Source: a virus (Duplodnaviria > Caudoviricetes). From it: 36,426 nt of DNA. Positions 16,821-25,036 of the stretch are shown piece by piece. The stretch spans positions 1 through 36,426 of the IMG/VR virus record IMGVR_UViG_3300032272_000044; one strand, written 5' to 3'. Position 1 is the first letter of the stretch. Every line of letters begins with the position of its first letter. The notes under the pieces are model-generated. The model was not told where the DNA came from. It searched no databases and worked only from the letters and a program-made list of their open reading frames with translations. Made by a program: the position numbers and the translations under genes.

Positions 16821-17777
16821 ATGAACACCCCAGACACAAGCCCGGAAGCTGTAGAGAAATTAGCTAGAATTTCCAAGGGACCACAAGCGCATCGCTTAAA
16901 GTTTTGGGAACTTAATAAGATATCAGATACCCTGCGCGCCCTTGCATCAGAGAACGCAGCCCTGAAAGATGAACTTGAAGATGAACGTGACGAGTTCAAC
17001 AGGCATCAGGAAAAGTTAGCAACCGAGTTTGAAGGCGAATGCTGGCCGGTTCTCAGGGATGTAATGAAAGAACTGGGATTTCAGTGGACGGGCGACGATA
17101 GGGCCGATGGTGTTCAGGCAGGACAGGCCCATGAATACATCTTTGACGCAATCAAGGAACTGAAAGTAGAGAGCGCAGCCATGCGCTCTGTGATTGTCGA
17201 AGCGAATAATTCTTTGTTTGGCTCTCACAATTTCTTTCTGTCAACTAGTGGTGAGGGGGAAGATAAGTTACATTTGAGCCGCGCAATTGAGCGGATAAAA
17301 GCGCAAGGCAATAAAGCGTGGAATGAGAACGCAGCACTTCGCGAACAGGCTGTATCGGTGAAGCCGCTGGAGTGGGAAGAATGGGGCGCGCGCGATGGCG
17401 ATGTTGTGAAATTCTATCGCGGCGACGGGCCAGTAGCGACCTATAAAATTACGTTGTACCGAGACAACTCAGGACACATTCACTGTCTATCAGACATAGG
17501 CAAGCCTATCTTGGGTTGCAGTTCGAAAGCAATCGGTTTGGATGTTTTGAAAGCCGCAGCCCAAGCCGACTACAAAACCCGCATTCTCAGCGCACTAAAC
17601 ACCCGCACAGTCGCAGAGGTACGCAAAGAGGCGTTCGAGGAAGTTATACACCACGTTATACGATTAACCAAAAATTGCGGATCACTTACCGAAGTGAATT
17701 CCACGGACCAGTACAACGACGCTATTTGTGATGCACTTGACGCTATCCGCGCACTAGCAGGAGAAGATAATGAGTGA
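16821..17777 (+). CDS. Accessory hypothetical protein, 318 aa (mosaic, coiled-coil)
   Basis: Long ORF; DTSPEAVE, DTLRALASE and VKPLEW...KAAAQADY..RILSAL segments; lower GC by eye. Confidence 0.75.
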   Translation: MNTPDTSPEAVEKLARISKGPQAHRLKFWELNKISDTLRALASENAALKDELEDERDEFNRHQEKLATEFEGECWPVLRDVMKELGFQWTGDDRADGVQAGQAHEYIFDAIKELKVESAAMRSVIVEANNSLFGSHNFFLSTSGEGEDKLHLSRAIERIKAQGNKAWNENAALREQAVSVKPLEWEEWGARDGDVVKFYRGDGPVATYKITLYRDNSGHIHCLSDIGKPILGCSSKAIGLDVLKAAAQADYKTRILSALNTRTVAEVRKEAFEEVIHHVIRLTKNCGSLTEVNSTDQYNDAICDALDAIRALAGEDNE

Positions 17778-18000
17778 TGTCATATCACATGATGAAGGCC
17801 CGCAACCTCAACCAATTGCCTACACATGCAAAGGCTGCAAATGGCTGCACACAGAATGGTGGAAAGACTACCTAGAAAACGATGAGACCGACAGCGGAAC
17901 AGCAGGAACATGCACTAAGGTTAATAAATCTCTGGGTGCCTATTGGAGCACGAGAGACACGCCGCCTAGCTGGTGTCCGTTTCAGGGAGGTGGCCAATGA
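17770..18000 (+). CDS. Four-Cys small protein, 76 aa
   Basis: AGGAG RBS; CKGCKW...GTC...TPPSWCP. Confidence 0.7.
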   Translation: MSDVISHDEGPQPQPIAYTCKGCKWLHTEWWKDYLENDETDSGTAGTCTKVNKSLGAYWSTRDTPPSWCPFQGGGQ

Positions 18001-18383
18001 CCCAAGCACCTGAACGTATTGAATTACACAAAGGCCCCAAGGGTGGGTGGATGTTCTTTGATAAAGCGGAAAAACACCCCGGCGTAGTCTACGCTGAGTA
18101 TGTTCCTGATACAGGGTGGCAGGATATAGAGACAATCCCCGATGAAATGAAAGACGGGAGGGAATTGCCCCTATGGCGAGAAGACGCAGGGTGGTTTTCA
18201 GGATTTTATGGAACGTGTGAACACCTAACTTTGCGCCAAGAGGAAATTGACGAGATAGACGAGGACACGTTCTTTTTCGAAAGCTGGTGGGCTTTTGCGC
18301 AAGATGGCGCAATTCGAATTGAAGACGACTTAGAGCCGACGTTGTGGTTCGCCCTACCCACCCCACCGGAGGCGAGTGATTGA
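17997..18383 (+). CDS. DUF551-like accessory protein
   Basis: GGAGG RBS; WQDIETIP..KDG...EPTLWFALPTPP. Confidence 0.65.
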   Translation: MTQAPERIELHKGPKGGWMFFDKAEKHPGVVYAEYVPDTGWQDIETIPDEMKDGRELPLWREDAGWFSGFYGTCEHLTLRQEEIDEIDEDTFFFESWWAFAQDGAIRIEDDLEPTLWFALPTPPEASD

Positions 18384-20008
18384 GTAGCACCTGGACATAC
18401 GAGACAAGCCCGATTGCCTGGCGCTACAAGAACGACAGAGGCTTTGCGGCGTTCATCATCGGCCCTGTAGGCTCGGGAAAATCCGTTCCCAGCCTCCAGC
18501 GCATCATTGATCTGGGTAAGGAGCAGGCTAGGAGCTCGGACGGTATCAGACACTCGCGCTTTGCCGTTGTGCGCAACACCATGCCAGAGCTGCGCGCTAC
18601 AACAGCTGTGACCTACAACCAAATCTATCCGGATAGCGCTTTCGGGGAAATCATTTGGCGCTCGCCCGCAACCCACGTCATAGCGCCTCGGGGCAGCGAT
18701 CTGGACATTGAGGTAAACCTGATTGCCCTGGACAAACCAAAGGACGTTAAAAAGCTCCTCTCCCTGGAGCTAACCGGGGCTTTTATCAATGAGGTCCGGG
18801 AGGTGCCGCGATCTGTCATTGCTCGTATGTCTGAGCGTGTGGGGCGGTTTGGGATTAACGAGCGGCCCAGCACCTGGTCGGGCCTATGGGCTGACAGCAA
18901 CCCGCCTGACGCTGATCACTGGCTTTACACCTGGGACCAGGTAGAGCGGCCAGCTGGCTACACGTTCTACAACCAGCCGCCCGGCGTCCTGGAGGTTAAG
19001 CCCTACATGGGCGGCGTGGAAATCAATGATGAGAACTTCCCAGAGTACCAGGGGATGCGCCTGACCTCGGCGCTCTGCTTGATTTACTATCGCGGCAAGG
19101 TGCAGCGCGTGGATTGCCCGATTGAAGTGATCAAGGCGGCAGATCGTTACTGGATGGTTAACCCCTGGATGGAGAATTTGGTTGCGCTGTCTAAGGTTGA
19201 CGCTGGCACCAATCCTCTGGGGGCTCGCTCGTATTATGGCCGCGCGCTGGGCGGCAAGACCCTGGAGGAGATACAAAGCTATCTCCAGGGCGTCTACACG
19301 TTCGTTTCAGACGGGCGGCGCGTTATTCCGCAATACAATGCCCAGGTGCACTCCAGGGAGTTTGTGCCGGTCCTGCCTGATGAACCAATCTTGGGCGGCA
19401 TGGATATTGGTGGAGGCACACTGCAACCCAGCTGCCTGCTGTTTCAAAAGCATCCGCGCGGCGTTTACCTGGCGCACAGAGAGGTTGTTTGCTTTGATAT
19501 GGGGGTCAAGCGGTTTGGCGAGCTGATCGGGGAGGCCTTGCAAAAGCATTTCCCCACACACGTAGAGCGCGGATTGATAGGCATGTTTTGGGGAGACCCG
19601 GCTGGAGAAAAGCGTGATGAGATATTCGAGACCGCGAGCTTTGACTTTCTGCGATCTGAGTTTGATATGACATGCGAGGCAGCGCCTTCCCAGGACCCGA
19701 AGATGAGGCAAGCGGCGCTCTCTGCCCCATGTGAGAGGTTGATAGATGGCAAGCCAGGGCTGTTGCTCAATAAGACAGGCTGCCCAACGCTGCATAAGGG
19801 GCTTATGGGGGCCTGGCACTTCAAGCGTCTGGCCGTGTCGGGAGAGGAGCGCTTTGCGGATAAGCCGAGCAAGAATGACGAGAGCCACATTTGCGACGGG
19901 GCGGGCTATGGCTTCCTCGGCGCTGGAGAGTTTCACAAGCTCGGCGGCAAGGATAAAGACCGGGGCGGCAGCACCCAGGCCGATGGCTCATTTGACGTGT
20001 TCGGATAA
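18380..20008 (+). CDS. terL: Terminase large subunit
   Basis: TTG start coupled to the upstream TGA. Walker A GPVGSGKS, VVRNTMPEL, Walker B GAFINE, DSNPP, nuclease GMDIG, GDPAG and SHICDG. Confidence 0.95.
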   Translation: MSSTWTYETSPIAWRYKNDRGFAAFIIGPVGSGKSVPSLQRIIDLGKEQARSSDGIRHSRFAVVRNTMPELRATTAVTYNQIYPDSAFGEIIWRSPATHVIAPRGSDLDIEVNLIALDKPKDVKKLLSLELTGAFINEVREVPRSVIARMSERVGRFGINERPSTWSGLWADSNPPDADHWLYTWDQVERPAGYTFYNQPPGVLEVKPYMGGVEINDENFPEYQGMRLTSALCLIYYRGKVQRVDCPIEVIKAADRYWMVNPWMENLVALSKVDAGTNPLGARSYYGRALGGKTLEEIQSYLQGVYTFVSDGRRVIPQYNAQVHSREFVPVLPDEPILGGMDIGGGTLQPSCLLFQKHPRGVYLAHREVVCFDMGVKRFGELIGEALQKHFPTHVERGLIGMFWGDPAGEKRDEIFETASFDFLRSEFDMTCEAAPSQDPKMRQAALSAPCERLIDGKPGLLLNKTGCPTLHKGLMGAWHFKRLAVSGEERFADKPSKNDESHICDGAGYGFLGAGEFHKLGGKDKDRGGSTQADGSFDVFG

Positions 20009-20193
20009 GGCCCAGGCTGTGGAATTGAACCACCGGGAGCGCAGCTGAAACCCGGCACCTGTCGCCTCCTACCCTTTCGGGCGCGAAGCCTGGTGTGCTT
20101 TTCTGCCAGTTTTCCACTGGCCAATCCTACACACGGCCCTGGCACTGTCTACGACTTGGGAGGCTCGTTCTACCAGGCGAAACATAACCCTCC
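20009..20193 (-). ncRNA. Candidate tRNA-like structured ncRNA, ~185 nt
   Basis: Minus strand: T-arm GTGG-TTCAATT-CCAC (20033-20019), 7-bp stem CCAGGCT/AGCCTGG, GNRA hairpin, D-arm-like GTTT-CGCCTGGTA-GAAC, loop CTCCCAA; starts right after a consensus promoter. Confidence 0.55.
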
Positions 20194-20198
20194 AGAGC

Positions 20199-20227
20199 CT
20201 TATAGATTGACTGTATAGCTGCGTCAA
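20199..20227 (-). promoter_or_regulatory. Sigma70 promoter driving the antisense RNA
   Basis: Minus strand TTGACG-17 bp-TATAAG. Overlaps a possible rightward TTGACT(20207)-16 bp-TATACA. Confidence 0.7.
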
Positions 20228-20264
20228 GTATACACGTTTACATACACAACAAAGGCTTAGCTCA

Positions 20265-20468
20265 ATGTCAGACCAGGAAGTACACCTGCAAGGAATACCC
20301 GCTCCCTGGGAGGCGTATGCAACTCGTGAGGAAAAACAAAGGCTTACGGTGTTGGAGGCCAGGCACGAGCGGAAAAAACGCATTATTGACGACGAAATAC
20401 TAGCGGAGCGGCGCTTGATTATGCGCCGGGCCATCAAGCGAATGAGAAGATCGGAGGGAAAGACATGA
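20265..20468 (+). CDS. Hypothetical protein, 67 aa
   Basis: ORF coupled (ATGA) to the next gene. Confidence 0.65.
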   Translation: MSDQEVHLQGIPAPWEAYATREEKQRLTVLEARHERKKRIIDDEILAERRLIMRRAIKRMRRSEGKT

Positions 20469-20734
20469 CAGACAACCCAAGTAAAACAGCTGTCCGCGAT
20501 CTGGCGGTTCAAGCACTGGTAGAGGCGCTAAGGGAAGCAGATATTGATTTAGAGGGTGCGTTACTCGCTCATGTTGCAGCTAAGAATTTTGCAATGGCTA
20601 CTTGTGTAGAAGTGACAAGGGAAAAGATAGCTAAAGCCCTAGCAGCATACGAGGCCACGCACCTGGGCGACGCCACGCGCTACATGCCCAAGCCAATCCT
20701 GCCTGGCCATCCGAGCCACGAGGAGGAAAACTAG
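20465..20734 (+). CDS. Hypothetical protein, 89 aa
   Basis: GGAGG RBS. Confidence 0.65.
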   Translation: MTDNPSKTAVRDLAVQALVEALREADIDLEGALLAHVAAKNFAMATCVEVTREKIAKALAAYEATHLGDATRYMPKPILPGHPSHEEEN

Positions 20735-20937
20735 TGCAAGCCGAGCCCGATGATTTTATCGTTGATGAGATTAAGGACGCTCTGCGGCGTTGCGCGCGAG
20801 TGATGGACGTTAATGCTTGCGCCAGGCACTACGCTCTGGACGTGGCCAAGCTCCAGCGCGCAAAAGACCCAGACAAGCGCGTCATGGCCATCCAGATTAA
20901 GAACCTGGCCAAGTACAAAAGGAAGATGTTGCGATGA
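20734..20937 (+). CDS. Hypothetical protein, 67 aa
   Basis: GAGGA RBS, GTG start coupled to the upstream TAG. Confidence 0.6.
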   Translation: MQAEPDDFIVDEIKDALRRCARVMDVNACARHYALDVAKLQRAKDPDKRVMAIQIKNLAKYKRKMLR

Positions 20938-21335
20938 GTGACCGAATGACAGCGGCTGAGTGGAACCAGACCAGGCCCAAGGCAAAGCGGCGCGATATTG
21001 AGGGACCGATACATAAGGGTATCCTGGAGTATGTGCAGCTCCTGCTGCCAAGCGCAGTTATCCACCACAGCCCGAACGAGGTTGATATGGCGGGCAAGGA
21101 AGTGGCCAAGGCGATAGCCAAGGCCCGCTTCCTGGGAACGCGCAAGGGCTGGCCTGACCTGGAGTTCATCCTGGACGGGCGCGCTTACTTCCTGGAGGTT
21201 AAAGTCCCAGGCAACGGATTGTCAGAAGATCAAGCCCAGGTTTTTGATGAGCTCAGGCTCCAGGGCTGCAAATGCGCTTTGGTGTCGAGCTTGCAGGACG
21301 TTTACAAAGCTCTAGTGTTGTGGGGATTGATATGA
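20934..21335 (+). CDS. VRR-NUC domain nuclease (resolvase-like)
   Basis: E..I...I, HHSPNE, GTRKGWPDL, YFLEVK..GNGLSEDQ. Confidence 0.9.
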   Translation: MSDRMTAAEWNQTRPKAKRRDIEGPIHKGILEYVQLLLPSAVIHHSPNEVDMAGKEVAKAIAKARFLGTRKGWPDLEFILDGRAYFLEVKVPGNGLSEDQAQVFDELRLQGCKCALVSSLQDVYKALVLWGLI

Positions 21336-21811
21336 CCAGTGTTTTAGACCTCTCAATGGAAACGCTCATGACTGCCTGCAAGGGCAACGTCAAAATGCTG
21401 CCTTCGTTCATGGTTCACGACAACGACAAGTGGGTGAAGCCAGGCGCTCAGCTCGACAGCCAGAACCGCATCCATTTGCGCCGCGCCACATTCCTGGCGA
21501 CGGTAGCAGACCACCTCCCCGTCAAGCCTGGTCTCTGGCTCGGACCTGGTGTTCAGCAGTTCTTTCTTGATTTGGAGCCGCACCACCTGCAAGGCTCGGC
21601 GGATATGAAAGAGGCACCAGGCCACGCGCACAGCCGCGTTATAACCAGGACGGACGAAGCGGGGCGCAATCCAGGAGATGAAGACTATGGCGAGGTTGTA
21701 CCCGCAGCTACAAGGAAGCCAAAGCCTGGCGAAGCTGGCGAGCCGCCTGAGATGGCAGGAGGCGGACGAGGCGTCAAAAGCACCGCGATTGTTGCACCAA
21801 ATAGCGAGTGA
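21332..21811 (+). CDS. Hypothetical protein, 159 aa
   Basis: ATGA coupling at 21332. Confidence 0.65.
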   Translation: MTSVLDLSMETLMTACKGNVKMLPSFMVHDNDKWVKPGAQLDSQNRIHLRRATFLATVADHLPVKPGLWLGPGVQQFFLDLEPHHLQGSADMKEAPGHAHSRVITRTDEAGRNPGDEDYGEVVPAATRKPKPGEAGEPPEMAGGGRGVKSTAIVAPNSE

Positions 21812-22136
21812 GGCCTCTTGGCAGTGGTGCCTTGAGCGTGACGATGGCTCCCTGGTCGCAAGCGCTGCCATAATTCCTGACAGCGACGGGCGCGGCTGGT
21901 TTGCGGGATATCCTGGTGCGGGCCTCAAGAGCGGCCTGGAGCTCCGCCCGCTGATCAAGCTCTACCGCATCCTTGACCAGGCTCAGGTATTCGACGAGCT
22001 CCGCGCATGGGTTGCCTCCGAGGACCGGCGCGCTATACATTTTGCTAAAGCGTTTGGTTTCGTTTATGACTGCGGACCAGCTACCGGCTTTTCCCCAACC
22101 GGGCGCGATATGGATTTAATGCTATGGAGGCGGTAA
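21687..22136 (+). CDS. GNAT-fold acetyltransferase-like protein of the podovirus virion module
   Basis: ELRAWV..EDRRAIHFAKAFGF GNAT C-terminal motif; AGGAG 9 nt before ATG 21687; start uncertain. Confidence 0.6.
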   Translation: MARLYPQLQGSQSLAKLASRLRWQEADEASKAPRLLHQIASEASWQWCLERDDGSLVASAAIIPDSDGRGWFAGYPGAGLKSGLELRPLIKLYRILDQAQVFDELRAWVASEDRRAIHFAKAFGFVYDCGPATGFSPTGRDMDLMLWRR

Positions 22137-22346
22137 ATGTCTGGTATTTTCGGTGGGGGCCAAAAGGCAGCCCGAGCAGATGCGGCAAGGGCAGCAGGCG
22201 AGGCCAGGGTGGAAACCCAAAAGGCCAATGAGGAAACCAACAGAGCGCAGCAAAAGGCAGACAGGGCGGGCCAGCGTGGCCGGGCCGGTCGCGCCAGGCT
22301 CATGGGCAACCTGACCCGGCAACTCAAAACCAAGATCGGCGAGTAG
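22137..22346 (+). CDS. Small basic virion assembly protein preceding the portal
   Basis: GGAGG RBS; MSGIFGGG N-terminus; position equivalent to T7 gp7.3. Confidence 0.7.
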   Translation: MSGIFGGGQKAARADAARAAGEARVETQKANEETNRAQQKADRAGQRGRAGRARLMGNLTRQLKTKIGE

Positions 22347-22349
22347 CGC

Positions 22350-23966
22350 ATGGGACAATGGCCCCTAGAGAAGGTCCGCAAGGTTATTCGGCGAGCCAAG
22401 TCTGACAAGGACGCGAGCGACGACATTTACCGCGAGGCAATGGAGCTCACGTTTCCAGATCGGGAGAACTTCACCAAGAGCTCCGAGGGCCAGCAAAAAG
22501 GCTCCCGCAATTGGGATAGCGCCCCAACGGTCTCCGTCATTCGAGCCGCTAACAGGCTGTCGTCCGAGTTTACACCGCAGTTTCAGGATTGGGGCGAGCT
22601 CCGCCTTGGGCCAGCAGCCCTGCAAATGCCAGACGAGGCATTCCAGGAGGCGCTCGGCAAAACCAAGGATGAGGTCAAGCAGGAGCTGGAAGGCGTCACA
22701 AAGATCGTGCAGGCGGTTTTCAATGGCCCGGGCTTTCCGACTGCCTCAAATGAGATGTATCTGGATTGGCACTACGGCCAGGGCGGTATGCAGATTAACC
22801 CGAATGACGATGTTGTGGGCGAGCCCGTTATATTTTCATCCATGTCCATCTCTCATTTTTACGCATACGAGGGACCAAATGGGCGGCTGGACCGGTGGTT
22901 CTTCTGGCATGAGATGCCCGCTGACGGTGTGGCAGTTCAGTGGAAGGATGCAAAGCTACCGGCTGAGCTGGAGGAGATGGCGAACGAGCCAACACCTAAG
23001 CCGGTAAAGCTCACGTCAATTGTTTACCGCGACTATGACGACAAGCAAAAGCCCTACCGCTACGAGGTGTTTTGGCAGAAAGGCAATAACGTCCATCGCC
23101 TGGTGGAACGCCAGAGCCGCACACCTGCATTTGTTACGCCGCGCTATTCCAAGCTCCCAGGCGAGAACAGAGGGCGCGGGCCGGTGCTGTTTGCCATGCC
23201 CGACATTCGCACAGCAAACAAGATTATTGAGCTCACGCTGCGCGCGGCTGCCGTGGCTGTAGCTGGCGTCTACACAGCAACCGAGAACGGCACCAGCGGC
23301 ACAATTGCAATCAAGCCCTATTCGATCATCAAGGTTCGGAAGAATGGCGGGCCGGACGGGCCGAGCTTGCAGCGCCTGGATAGTCCGCAGCGGATTGATT
23401 TTGGCGAGCTCCTTATGGAGAAGCTGCACGAGAACATTAAAAAGATCATTGGCGACAACTCCCTGCCTCCAGAGGCTGGCCCAATCCGCACGGCGACTGA
23501 GTTTGTGCAGCGTTTGCGCGAGCTGATATCTGACCAGGCGGGTGGGCTCGGGCGGCTCTACGCCGAGTTTATCATACCGGCCTGGCAGCGCGTGGTGGAT
23601 ATCCTGGAGAGCAAGCAAATCTTGCCGACCAAGGGCCTCAAGATTGATCAGTTCCTGATAGAAATCAAAATGACCTCGCCGCTCGCCAAGGGCGAAGCGA
23701 TGGCCGAGGTGGAGAACCTGGTGCGGTTTATGGAGATACTCAAATCTATCGGAGGCGAGCCTCTTATGGCTGTTGAGGTCAACCTGGACGAGGCACCAAA
23801 ACGCATTGGCGATCTAATGGACGTGCCGATGGATGTGAGAAACAACGAGGCCCAGCGTAAAAAAATTAAGGCTGGTATTGCAGCAGCAGCTGCCGCACAG
23901 TCTGGCCTCGACCCCCAGGCAGCTACGGAAGCTGTAGAACAAGAGGAGCCAACCCCAGATGGCTGA
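22350..23966 (+). CDS. Portal (head-tail connector), T7 gp8/BPP-1 type
   Basis: WDS.P...AANRLSS..TP, RYSKLPGE.RGRGP...AMPDI, RTATE, LGRL..EFI.P, TSPLAK. Confidence 0.92.
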   Translation: MGQWPLEKVRKVIRRAKSDKDASDDIYREAMELTFPDRENFTKSSEGQQKGSRNWDSAPTVSVIRAANRLSSEFTPQFQDWGELRLGPAALQMPDEAFQEALGKTKDEVKQELEGVTKIVQAVFNGPGFPTASNEMYLDWHYGQGGMQINPNDDVVGEPVIFSSMSISHFYAYEGPNGRLDRWFFWHEMPADGVAVQWKDAKLPAELEEMANEPTPKPVKLTSIVYRDYDDKQKPYRYEVFWQKGNNVHRLVERQSRTPAFVTPRYSKLPGENRGRGPVLFAMPDIRTANKIIELTLRAAAVAVAGVYTATENGTSGTIAIKPYSIIKVRKNGGPDGPSLQRLDSPQRIDFGELLMEKLHENIKKIIGDNSLPPEAGPIRTATEFVQRLRELISDQAGGLGRLYAEFIIPAWQRVVDILESKQILPTKGLKIDQFLIEIKMTSPLAKGEAMAEVENLVRFMEILKSIGGEPLMAVEVNLDEAPKRIGDLMDVPMDVRNNEAQRKKIKAGIAAAAAAQSGLDPQAATEAVEQEEPTPDG

Positions 23967-24264
23967 TGGACTAGAAGAACTTTACGCAAGCTCCAGCATG
24001 GAACACTTCCGCGAGATGATGGACGGAATTGACGCCACGCAAACAGTATCCCGCTCAATTGACCCGGCGTTGTACGCTGCCTGTTTCGGCTCAGCAGCTG
24101 GCCAGGCCGTGCTCCAGGATATGTATGCGCGCTACGTCAATGTGACCATTGTAGAGCCTGGACAAGCCCCAGAGGTTCACGGCATTCGCCAGGGTATGGC
24201 TAATGTGGTATTCGACATTGTGAACCAAATCCAAGAAGCCTTTGAAGGAGACACCGATGGCTAA
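23959..24264 (+). CDS. Bbp19-like protein
   Basis: YAACFGSAAGQAVLQDM...GIRQGMANVV..I; directly after the portal. Confidence 0.7.
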   Translation: MADGLEELYASSSMEHFREMMDGIDATQTVSRSIDPALYAACFGSAAGQAVLQDMYARYVNVTIVEPGQAPEVHGIRQGMANVVFDIVNQIQEAFEGDTDG

Positions 24265-24712
24265 AGTAGACAAAGCGGCTCGCCTGGCGAACGCAAAAGA
24301 GACCCGGCTTAAAATTCATCGCGGCTCAACCCGGCGCATCACGCGCGCGGGAACGGCCATTGATACCGCCCTGGGCGCGTTCAAGAAGGAAATGGACCTC
24401 CAGTTCTTCAAGGCTGACGAGGACGGGACGCGCGTAGGCTCGTGTGACTTTGTTAACGAAATCCAGGCTGTCCAGGATGGTATCCGCGAGAAACTGAATA
24501 TGATGCTCCATCCGCCAGCCGAGGAGGAAGACGACATTGAAGACGAGGAGGCTCTCCTGGCTGCGCTCATGGAGGAGTATGCCAAAATGTCAATGGCGGA
24601 GCTCCTGGCCCAGGTTGAAGCCGATGGCCTGGACATAGACACGAAAGGCATGAAGATTGCGGAGCTGCGCGAGGCTGTGATGGCTGCCAAGTTCGGACCA
24701 ACGCCAAACTAA
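24257..24712 (+). CDS. Hypothetical protein, 151 aa
   Basis: AAGGAG RBS before ATG 24257; acidic linker and small C-terminal helical module. Confidence 0.7.
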   Translation: MAKVDKAARLANAKETRLKIHRGSTRRITRAGTAIDTALGAFKKEMDLQFFKADEDGTRVGSCDFVNEIQAVQDGIREKLNMMLHPPAEEEDDIEDEEALLAALMEEYAKMSMAELLAQVEADGLDIDTKGMKIAELREAVMAAKFGPTPN

Positions 24713-24747
24713 ACGAAAGCTAAACCCCAGCGGAAAAGGAGAAAGAT

Positions 24748-25035
24748 ATGAACACGTTTTTTAGAGCTCTTGTAGGGTGGGCAATTTTGACCTGCGCCAT
24801 TGTCGGGATGGCCCTGGTAGCTCTCTGGGCGCTCAAGACATTCGGAGGCTCTGCCTGGTGGGCTGGCCTTCTTATCATCATAATTGCAATGGCTGCGGAG
24901 ATTGGCGTTTATCGCTCGACGCTGCACGAGCCAATTTATGACTGGATACGCGAGCCAAAACGAGAGGCTGAGCGCAAGGCGGCAGCTGACAAGGCGACGG
25001 CAGCAAACGCTCGCATGAGCCAGGGAGGAAAGTAA
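24748..25035 (+). CDS. Two-TM membrane protein, 95 aa
   Basis: AAGGAG RBS; two long hydrophobic stretches and a charged tail. Confidence 0.7.
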   Translation: MNTFFRALVGWAILTCAIVGMALVALWALKTFGGSAWWAGLLIIIIAMAAEIGVYRSTLHEPIYDWIREPKREAERKAAADKATAANARMSQGGK

Positions 25036-25036
25036 T

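Noticed and set aside
18975-19235. Intein or intron in terL
   Set aside because: The frame is uninterrupted, and there are no intein terminal residues or homing-endonuclease motifs.
20012-20093. Canonical tRNA gene (including a UCA/Sec reading of TTTCAGC) or an attP site
   Set aside because: The T stem has only 4 bp, this unit has no proper D or anticodon arm and no CCA, and there is no integrase. Kept only as a tRNA-like candidate.
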